Below, one piece after another: positions 57,289-64,000 of a stretch of DNA of 64,000 nucleotides. The DNA comes from Acidimicrobiia bacterium (lineage in GTDB: Bacteria; Actinomycetota; Acidimicrobiia; Spongiisociales; Spongiisociaceae): contig WTGI01000084.1 of the NCBI GenBank assembly GCA_011523635.1, positions 39,745-103,744 of the forward strand, given 5' to 3'. Every line of letters begins with the position of its first letter. Within the stretch, counting starts at the first letter, position 1. The notes beneath the pieces are model-generated. The model worked only from the letters and a program-made list of their open reading frames with translations, ran no database searches and had not been told where the DNA came from. A program made the position numbers and the translations under genes.

Positions 57289-58167
57289 ATGGAACTGGCG
57301 ATCTGTGCGGACTCGTCCTGGAACCGCTGGCACCCGACCTATGACGAACTCGGAGAGCGCTGCCGTCGGCTCGGCGTCAACGCGCTCGAACTCGTCTACT
57401 ACCCGCAGAACGAGGGCTTCGACAACGCCGCCGAGACGCTGGACGGTTACGGAGTACGGATCGTGTGTGTCAACGCCACCGCCAAGTTCCGGGTGATGAT
57501 CACCGACGACGTACCAGCGGTCCAGCGAGCGATCTGCGACATCATTCGCCTCGCCAAGGATGTCGGGGCCGAGTTCGTCATCACCTACCCGGGCCACAAC
57601 CCGGCGTGGGACTTCGACGAGATCGTGGAACGGTACAAGCGCCGTATGGGACCTTGCCACGAACTCGCATCCCAGCAGGGCATCACCATGCTGTTGGAGA
57701 ACCATTTCGACCTTCGCAACGAGGATCCGGAACGCACCGATGTGGTCCGGGAGCCCGAACTCACGGCGCGTTTCCTCGACGCGCTCGACGCGCCGCACGT
57801 ACGGGTCAACTTCGATGCCGGCAATGTCTACGCGGCCGGGATCGAGCCCTGGCCATACGGTTATCGCATCCTGCGCGACTACATCGCCTACTCCCACCTG
57901 AAGGGCATGGCTCGCTATTCGGAGCAGCTGTACGGCCCCGAGGATCAGTACGAGACCCTTTCCGATTACCACACCGGTACGTTCATACCGATCGCGGTCG
58001 GAGACGACGGTATCAACTACCGGGGACTGCTGATGGAGATGGAGCGGGACGGAACCGCCAAGTACGCGGCCTTCGAGGACCACGCCCGGGAGGAGCATGC
58101 CGAGGAGGTATTCGCGCGTGGCGTCGCGTTCGCGCGGGAGGCGATCGAAGCCGCCCGCTCGGGATAG
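57289..58167 (+). CDS. Sugar-phosphate isomerase/epimerase family TIM-barrel protein
   Basis: G...LEL, LLENH, VNFDAGN, YSHLK, VGDDGINY, FE; SD GAGAGGA before ATG 57289. Confidence 0.8.
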   Translation: MELAICADSSWNRWHPTYDELGERCRRLGVNALELVYYPQNEGFDNAAETLDGYGVRIVCVNATAKFRVMITDDVPAVQRAICDIIRLAKDVGAEFVITYPGHNPAWDFDEIVERYKRRMGPCHELASQQGITMLLENHFDLRNEDPERTDVVREPELTARFLDALDAPHVRVNFDAGNVYAAGIEPWPYGYRILRDYIAYSHLKGMARYSEQLYGPEDQYETLSDYHTGTFIPIAVGDDGINYRGLLMEMERDGTAKYAAFEDHAREEHAEEVFARGVAFAREAIEAARSG

Positions 58168-58191
58168 CAGCTCGGGGGAAGGTGGTAACTC

Positions 58192-59106
58192 GTGCCCAAG
58201 CAGGTGATGACGGTCCGGGGCCCGGTATCGCCCGGCGAGCTGGGCCACACCCAGATGCACGACCACGTGTTCGCCGATCTCTCGTGGCCCAGGCACCGCT
58301 GGTTGGCGATCCCGATAACCGACGAGGTCCACATGACCGAGGAGGTACGGCTCTACAAGGAAGCCGGCGGGGGGACCCTCGTCGACCCGACCCTTGAGCA
58401 CATCGGGCGCGATCCGGAGAAGCTCCGCCGAGTCTCGGAGGCGAGCGACGTCCACATCGTCATGGGGACCGGCTTCTACCGCGAGCCCTACTACCCGGAG
58501 TTCGTCAACAAGTGGACCACCCAGCGGCTGGCCGACTACATGATCGACGAGATAGAGAACGGCGTCGGTGACACCGGTGTCAAGCCCGGCATCATCGGGG
58601 AGATAGGCCTCGACAAGGCCTGGGTCCAAGGCGTGGAGGAGCGCGTCCTGCGTGCCGCGGCCCGGGCGCAGGTGGCGACCGGCCTGGCGCTGACCACCCA
58701 TACCACCATGTACATGGCGCTGGAGTTCCTGGAGATCTTCCAGGAGGAGGGCGTCGAAGTCGACCGGGTGATCTTCGGGCACCTCGACGGCACCTTGGAG
58801 ATGCCGGAACTGGAACGGGTGGCTGCGACGGGCGCCTACATGGAGTTCGATCTGATAGGGATCGAGTGGATCAACTCCGACAAGCGCCGGGCCGAGTTCC
58901 TGGCGGAGCTGGTCCGTCAGGGGCACGAGGACCGCCTGGTCATCGCCCAGGACATGCCGGCCCGGCCCCGCCTGAAGACCAACGGCGGTCACGGCTACCA
59001 ATACCTGATCGAGACCTTCCTCCCCATGCTGCGCGACGAAGGCATCAGCGAAGAAGCGATCCACGCCATGACCCACACGAATCCGGCGCGAGTACTAGCG
59101 GTCTGA
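58192..59106 (+). CDS. PTE-family hydrolase, copy 5 (close paralog of copy 2)
   Basis: Shares MGTGFYREPYYPEFVNKWTT, WVQGVEERV and AQDMPARPRL verbatim with 40321..41247. Confidence 0.9.
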   Translation: MPKQVMTVRGPVSPGELGHTQMHDHVFADLSWPRHRWLAIPITDEVHMTEEVRLYKEAGGGTLVDPTLEHIGRDPEKLRRVSEASDVHIVMGTGFYREPYYPEFVNKWTTQRLADYMIDEIENGVGDTGVKPGIIGEIGLDKAWVQGVEERVLRAAARAQVATGLALTTHTTMYMALEFLEIFQEEGVEVDRVIFGHLDGTLEMPELERVAATGAYMEFDLIGIEWINSDKRRAEFLAELVRQGHEDRLVIAQDMPARPRLKTNGGHGYQYLIETFLPMLRDEGISEEAIHAMTHTNPARVLAV

Positions 59107-59108
59107 CT

Positions 59109-59156
59109 CAGTTGATAGTTGGACCTATTCCACTGTCCACGAGCAACTATCAACTG
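59109..59156. terminator. 13-bp perfect inverted repeat between convergent genes
   Basis: CAGTTGATAGTTG...CAACTATCAACTG immediately after the PTE stop. Confidence 0.55.
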
Positions 59157-59343
59157 GAAACCATCAGCTTCGGATGATCCACTGCCGGGTCCAACACCAA
59201 CGTGGTCGACCAGTGGGGATGGCCCACTCAACCGCCCTGACTCCCCGGAACTCCGATCGCCCTCCGGATCGGCGGGACCGTCCACGAAACCGGGCAACTC
59301 CCGGTGTCCGGACCAGGTGGTGGGGCGCCTCGGTCTTCGGTCT

Positions 59344-60630
59344 CTACGAGACAGGCTCGGGAATGCCGGCCGGGCTGTGCTGCATGCTCAGCGTCAGAGT
59401 TACGGTGGTGCCCTTTCCAGGTGTCGACTGAATCTCGACGGTACCGCCGTGGGCGCGGGCTACCTCGGCGGCCTGGGGCAGTCCCAGGCCCGCCCCTTGG
59501 TTGTCGCCCTGCCTGGTGGTGTAGAAAGGCTTCATGACGTTCTCCAGCACTTCGGGGGTCATACCGCAGCCTTCGTCTCTGACGATCACATCGGCCTGGT
59601 CTCCGTCGGTCTCCACGGACACGGTGATCGGGGCGTCGGGCCTCTCACCGGCGGCCACGGCTTCGAGGGAGTTCTGGACCAGGCACATGACAGCCAACGC
59701 CAAGCCTTCGGGGACTGCCAAGCATTGCGGGTCAGCCGGGTCCTCCCGTACTTCTACCGAGGGCTTCCCACCGCTGCCTGCGGCAACGTAGGCATCCACC
59801 GCGGCCCGCACGGCCTGCTGCACCAGCAAGTTCAGGCTGACCTCTTGCCAGGACCCCTGGATGTCTCCCAGGTTGATCATGCCCTCGATTATCCGGTCGG
59901 CCCGGCCCAGGTTCCTACGGATGTAATCCATGTTGGTCCGGATTTCGTTGCTGATCCCCTCGATCTGGTCATCATCCCGTCTGTCTTGGCTCAGAGCCTC
60001 CATCAGGTCATCCAGAAGCTCGGCAGATCCGTCGCAGAAGTTGGCCACGAAGTTCAGCGGGTTCCTGATTTCGTGGGCTACCCCGGAGGCCAGATCGACC
60101 ATCTCCCGCAGCTTCTGCTGGGCAACCAACTGGTCCTGCGCCTCGCGGAGCTGGGACAGGGTCCGATCCAGTTCGAGGTTCCGGGTCTCCAGGTCGGCGT
60201 TGGCCGAGGCCAACTCGGCACTGAGGCGTTCCACTAGTTGCAGCCTCACGACCTCGATTGAACGCAGCCGCAACGTCTCCAACGCTTCACAGGCCTTGGC
60301 GATCTCGTCGCTGCCCCGCGGCTCGATGCGGTACTCGAAGTCACCCATACCGAGGCGTCTGATCCAGATCTCCACCTCCACCGTACGCATGCCCACCCAT
60401 ACCACCAGCACCGTCTTGATCAGGACGATGACCATCGTCGTGGCCGACAGCGCCACCAGCGCCGGGTTGCCCCACCGGATCGTGGCGACGGTCAGCGTCG
60501 CCACCAGGACGTTTACCAGAACGATCAGGAGGAAGTGCTGGATCGAATAGCGCCGGATGCTGAACCGGGACATCCCGAAAGGGTCGTTGCCGTCAATCCG
60601 TTGCTGCGGCGGGTCTTGCTGATCGGTCAT
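59344..60630 (-). CDS. Membrane sensor histidine kinase (2 TM, HAMP, HisKA, HATPase)
   Basis: H-box GVAHEIRNPLNFV, N-box LVQNSLEA, RDEGCGM, PFYTT, GAGLGL, HGG...S.PGKGT. Confidence 0.92.
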   Translation of the reverse strand: MTDQQDPPQQRIDGNDPFGMSRFSIRRYSIQHFLLIVLVNVLVATLTVATIRWGNPALVALSATTMVIVLIKTVLVVWVGMRTVEVEIWIRRLGMGDFEYRIEPRGSDEIAKACEALETLRLRSIEVVRLQLVERLSAELASANADLETRNLELDRTLSQLREAQDQLVAQQKLREMVDLASGVAHEIRNPLNFVANFCDGSAELLDDLMEALSQDRRDDDQIEGISNEIRTNMDYIRRNLGRADRIIEGMINLGDIQGSWQEVSLNLLVQQAVRAAVDAYVAAGSGGKPSVEVREDPADPQCLAVPEGLALAVMCLVQNSLEAVAAGERPDAPITVSVETDGDQADVIVRDEGCGMTPEVLENVMKPFYTTRQGDNQGAGLGLPQAAEVARAHGGTVEIQSTPGKGTTVTLTLSMQHSPAGIPEPVS

Positions 60631-60760
60631 CTGTGGTGCCCCGTTTCGGTACGAGTTGGTCAGCGGTGCGCATGCCCCGTTCGGCGCCGAATCGCAATCC
60701 GGTGCTCGTAACTCCAGACTATCCGCGCCGCGACCGGAGGCTGGGCCGGCAAGGGCAGAT

Positions 60761-61360
60761 CTACCGGTTTCCCTCAGCGGACTGGCGGAATTCGCCTACC
60801 TGTCTCGACTCGATTGCCTGGCCGGATAGGAGTTGCTCCAGGGCTCCGGTGAGGGTGAGGGCGTCGGACTCGCCGAGGAACTTCCCGACGATGACGCCAC
60901 CGTAGATGAAGACGGTCTCGGGTACGCCGAAGATGCCGAACTCGATGGCGGCGCGGGAGCCCGGATCGGACAGGTACCGGGTGGCGCCACCCCGGCCCAA
61001 CTCGTCCAGGAAAGTAGTGGCGCGGGCGGGATCGTCCTGGAAGGCGATTCCCAGGAACCGGACCGATCGGTCGTGGTAGGCGTCGGCCGTCGAGACGAGA
61101 TCGGCGTGCTCGTTGCGGCATTGCAGGCACCAGGAGGCGAAGAAGTTGACCACCACCACGTCGTGGGAGCCGCTCAGATCAGCCAGGTTCAAGGAACCGT
61201 TTCCGTCCAGATAGGGGAGGGTCAGGTCGGGAACCGCTGCGCCGATGACCGGTGAGGCGCTCCCGCCGGCATCGTCCCCGAACCGGGCGGCGAAGACGGC
61301 CACCGCCAGGCCGACGACTACCAGCCCGGCTACCAGCAGGTAGCGCCCCCGGGAACTCAT
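60761..61360 (-). CDS. ccmG: TlpA/DsbE thioredoxin (CcmG-like)
   Basis: N-terminal TM, VVNFFASWCLQC, FGIFGVPET; last gene of the ccmF/H cluster. Confidence 0.8.
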   Translation of the reverse strand: MSSRGRYLLVAGLVVVGLAVAVFAARFGDDAGGSASPVIGAAVPDLTLPYLDGNGSLNLADLSGSHDVVVVNFFASWCLQCRNEHADLVSTADAYHDRSVRFLGIAFQDDPARATTFLDELGRGGATRYLSDPGSRAAIEFGIFGVPETVFIYGGVIVGKFLGESDALTLTGALEQLLSGQAIESRQVGEFRQSAEGNR

Positions 61361-62130
61361 CCGCCGGCCCCCGCCAGTCGCCGGGCTTCGGCGACCCATA
61401 CTTCGATCGCCTCCCGGGTCCCTTCGGGGAGGTCCTCCTCGTCCAGCAGAGGTTCCAGATGTTCCAGGGCGCCGGTGGCGTCCGCCTCGGCCAGCAGCAG
61501 CAACCCGAGGAACAGGTGTGCCTCCGCGTAGCCGTCATCTGTGGCCAGGGCCTCGTCCAGGTAGGACCGGGCGATGCCGGCATTGCCCGACTGGAAGGTC
61601 ATCCAGCCGACCCTCGCCAGGGCGCGGGCTCGGCGGGTGCGATCGAGGTCACCGTCCAGAGCGCCCAGGTAGTGGGGGAGGGCGTTCGAGAACTCCCCGG
61701 CCTCGAAGTACCGGTCGGCCAGGCGGAGCCGCATGGCGGCGATCTCGGGTACGTCCTGGTTGGCGGCGATAACCGCTTCCATCTGGTCGTTGGTGACCTC
61801 GGAAAGGTCTACCGGTGCCTCCATGTTGCCGGTCACGAACCCGCCCTCCCTGGGCCGGATTGCCAGGTAGGCGGTCACCGACACCGCGATCACGGCGCCG
61901 ATCAGCAACAACGTCCCCGCCGGGCGCCTCCCGGATCGGCCGGGTGCCGCGTGCTCCGGGACTCCGTCCTCCGCGCCGGCCTCGATGGAGTCCAGTTCTT
62001 GGCGGTACCGCTCGAGCAGCCGCCGGGCGGTGGCGGCGTCGAGCTCCTCCTCGGCCAGTTGCCGGCGTACGTCGAGGATGTCCGCCTCGACCAGGGTCCG
62101 ACGCCGGCTCACCGGAGGCCCGTCACCCAT
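61357..62130 (-). CDS. TPR-containing cytochrome c biogenesis protein (CcmI/CycH-like)
   Basis: One TM followed by TPR-like helices (LADRYFEAGEFSNALPHY; YAEAHLFLGLLL); lies between ccmH and ccmG. Confidence 0.65.
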   Translation of the reverse strand: MGDGPPVSRRRTLVEADILDVRRQLAEEELDAATARRLLERYRQELDSIEAGAEDGVPEHAAPGRSGRRPAGTLLLIGAVIAVSVTAYLAIRPREGGFVTGNMEAPVDLSEVTNDQMEAVIAANQDVPEIAAMRLRLADRYFEAGEFSNALPHYLGALDGDLDRTRRARALARVGWMTFQSGNAGIARSYLDEALATDDGYAEAHLFLGLLLLAEADATGALEHLEPLLDEEDLPEGTREAIEVWVAEARRLAGAGG

Positions 62131-62521
62131 CGGCAGGCTCCGGTCGCCGGATCAGCCGCCGGGCGGCCAGCCAGGCGCCTGCGGCGGCCACACCGGCCGG
62201 CAGCACCCAGAGCAGCACCGTCGTACCGGAGAAGCGGGGATCCAACCGGATGCCCTCGAACCTGTCCTCCAGGTAGTCCAGGATCTGCTCGTCGCTCCAG
62301 CCCTCGTCCACCTTCTCCTCCACGAACCCCAGGATGTCCTGGGCATAGGACGTGGGAGAGTCGGCTATCGACTCCCCCTGGCAGACCGGGCACCGGATCC
62401 GGGCACCGAGCGCCTCCACCCGGTCACGTTCGCTCGGCTCACCGACCACCAGGCCCCAACCGACGATCCCGGCCAGGATCAGGGTGGCGGCGCCCGCCAG
62501 GATGGCGCGGCGGTCAGCCAC
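62123..62521 (-). CDS. ccmH: Cytochrome c-type biogenesis protein CcmH
   Basis: [23 protein letters not shown]...RF, LLWVLP. Confidence 0.9.
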   Translation of the reverse strand: MADRRAILAGAATLILAGIVGWGLVVGEPSERDRVEALGARIRCPVCQGESIADSPTSYAQDILGFVEEKVDEGWSDEQILDYLEDRFEGIRLDPRFSGTTVLLWVLPAGVAAAGAWLAARRLIRRPEPADG

Positions 62522-64000
62522 GGCCCGCTCCGGCGGTGCGCCGTCGCCGGCCCGCCACGGACGAGAGCGAGAAGCCGGCTCCCGCCGCCGTCACCAGCCC
62601 ACCCAGCCATACCATCCACTGGAGCGGGTAGCTCCACACATCGGCCACCATCCCCGAGCTGTCGAGCCGGGTGAGCGAGACGTACAGGTCTCCCCGCGGC
62701 GTCGAGTACACCGCGGGGGTCACCACCGGGGGGATGCCGGTGCCGTAGCTGTTGAGGCTCGGGGACATTACGGTCACCGCTTCGCCGCCCCGCGACACGT
62801 CCAGGCGTGCGCCCACGACATCCCGGTTCGGCTCGGCGCGCGAGAACGGGGTCCGGTAGGCGATCTCGTAGCCGGCGAACGGAGCGGTCTCGCCCGGGCT
62901 CAGCGCGATGGACCCCGATCCGGCGTGGTTGGCGGAGACCGCGATCCCGACGGCCAGGATCGCCACGCCGACGTGGGATATCTGCCCGCCCCAGTAGCCG
63001 GGATCACGCCTCATCAGGGACCCCGCGGATGCCATCGATCCCTGGCCGGTGGCGGCGGCGCGCCGGCGGACCAGCACTATCAGGTGCCTGGCGATGGCCG
63101 ATACCACGAAGACCGCCAGCAGGACCACCACGATTACGTGCCGGTTGCGGCTCACCAGGAGGATCAGCAGGGCCGCGAGACCCAGGGAGATCCGCACGGG
63201 CGTCCGTACCCGTTGCCACAACACCTGGCGGCGGGCCACCCGGAACGGCGTGATGGGTCCGACACCCATCGCCAGGATCAGGCCGTAGGAGAGGGGCACG
63301 GCCCACCGGTCGAAGAACGGCCGTCCCACGCCCACCGTGTTGCCCTGGAAGGCCTCTACGGCCAGCGGGAACAGGGTGCCCGACAGCACCACGAAGGCGA
63401 ATACCGCCAGGAGCAGGTTGTTGAGGAGGAATGCACCCTCCCGGCTGGCGAGCGAGTCGAGGCGGGGAGCGCTGCCCACCAGGTGGATGCGGGTGGCGAA
63501 CAGGGCCAGGGACCCGGCCAGAACCACCGCCAGGAACGCCAGCAGGACGGGGCCGATGGACGACTGGGTGAAGCTGTGCACCGAGGCGACCACGCCCGAG
63601 CGGGTCAGGAAGGTCCCGAGGATGGTGGCTGCGAAGGCGCCGATCACGAGCACGTAGTTCCAGGACTGGAGCACGCCCCGCCGCATCTGGACCACTGACG
63701 AGTGGATGAAGGCGGTGGCCAGCAACCAGGGGATGAAGGAGGCGTTCTCCACCGGGTCCCAGCCCCAGTAGCCGCCCCAGCCCAGCACCTCGTAGCTCCA
63801 CCAGGCGCCCAGCACGATGCCGGTGGTCAGGAAGCCCCAGGCGGTCAGGGTCCAGGTACGGGTCGTCCGGAGCCAGGTTTCCTCATGGTCGGCGGTGGCC
63901 AGCGAGGCGATACCGACCGCGAACGGCACCGAGAAGCCCACGTAACCCACGTACAGGACGGGCGGGTGAACCGCCATCAGGATGTGGTTCTGGAGGAGGG
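62514..64000 (-). CDS. ccmF: Heme lyase CcmF (5' part outside the window)
   Basis: [55 protein letters not shown]...SVHSF. Confidence 0.96.
   Translation of the reverse strand, partial: LLQNHILMAVHPPVLYVGYVGFSVPFAVGIASLATADHEETWLRTTRTWTLTAWGFLTTGIVLGAWWSYEVLGWGGYWGWDPVENASFIPWLLATAFIHSSVVQMRRGVLQSWNYVLVIGAFAATILGTFLTRSGVVASVHSFTQSSIGPVLLAFLAVVLAGSLALFATRIHLVGSAPRLDSLASREGAFLLNNLLLAVFAFVVLSGTLFPLAVEAFQGNTVGVGRPFFDRWAVPLSYGLILAMGVGPITPFRVARRQVLWQRVRTPVRISLGLAALLILLVSRNRHVIVVVLLAVFVVSAIARHLIVLVRRRAAATGQGSMASAGSLMRRDPGYWGGQISHVGVAILAVGIAVSANHAGSGSIALSPGETAPFAGYEIAYRTPFSRAEPNRDVVGARLDVSRGGEAVTVMSPSLNSYGTGIPPVVTPAVYSTPRGDLYVSLTRLDSSGMVADVWSYPLQWMVWLGGLVTAAGAGFSLSSVAGRRRRTAGAGRG

Overview
High-GC window that reads as an actinobacterium. 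The basis is an F420-dependent LLM enzyme, the DUF3090/SCO1664 block, Thr-rich lipoproteins and TANNNT leaderless promoters; Acidimicrobiia-like is my inference. 1-15 kb is mostly core genome: rbfA-DHH phosphoesterase-truB-ribF, rpsO-pnp, an Fpg/Nei glycosylase, SRAP, RNase P RNA, an aquaporin and trpD. 15-60 kb is a large accessory catabolic and cell-surface region. It holds two Opp/Dpp-type ABC systems, five phosphotriesterase-family (PTE/PHP) hydrolases plus a decayed sixth, three ThDP enzymes, three PLP enzymes, two SDRs, a P450, a D-aminoacylase, a deaminase-type amidohydrolase, a Phd-VapC toxin-antitoxin pair and three paralogous PPC-repeat lipoproteins. 60-64 kb has an orphan histidine kinase and System I cytochrome c maturation genes (ccmF/H/I/G-like). 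Highlights missed by the ORF track: (1) a lipoprotein thioredoxin split at an in-frame TGA that reads W-U-P-S-C and is followed by a SECIS-like hairpin, so probably a selenoprotein; (2) two unrelated MITE families inserted at CTAG-like sites at gene ends; (3) a ThDP gene that appears to start at ATT; (4) a 35-aa membrane peptide; (5) a segmental duplication that left a PTE 3' remnant; (6) a RibF with a decayed kinase domain. All calls come from reading motifs by eye; no searches were run.
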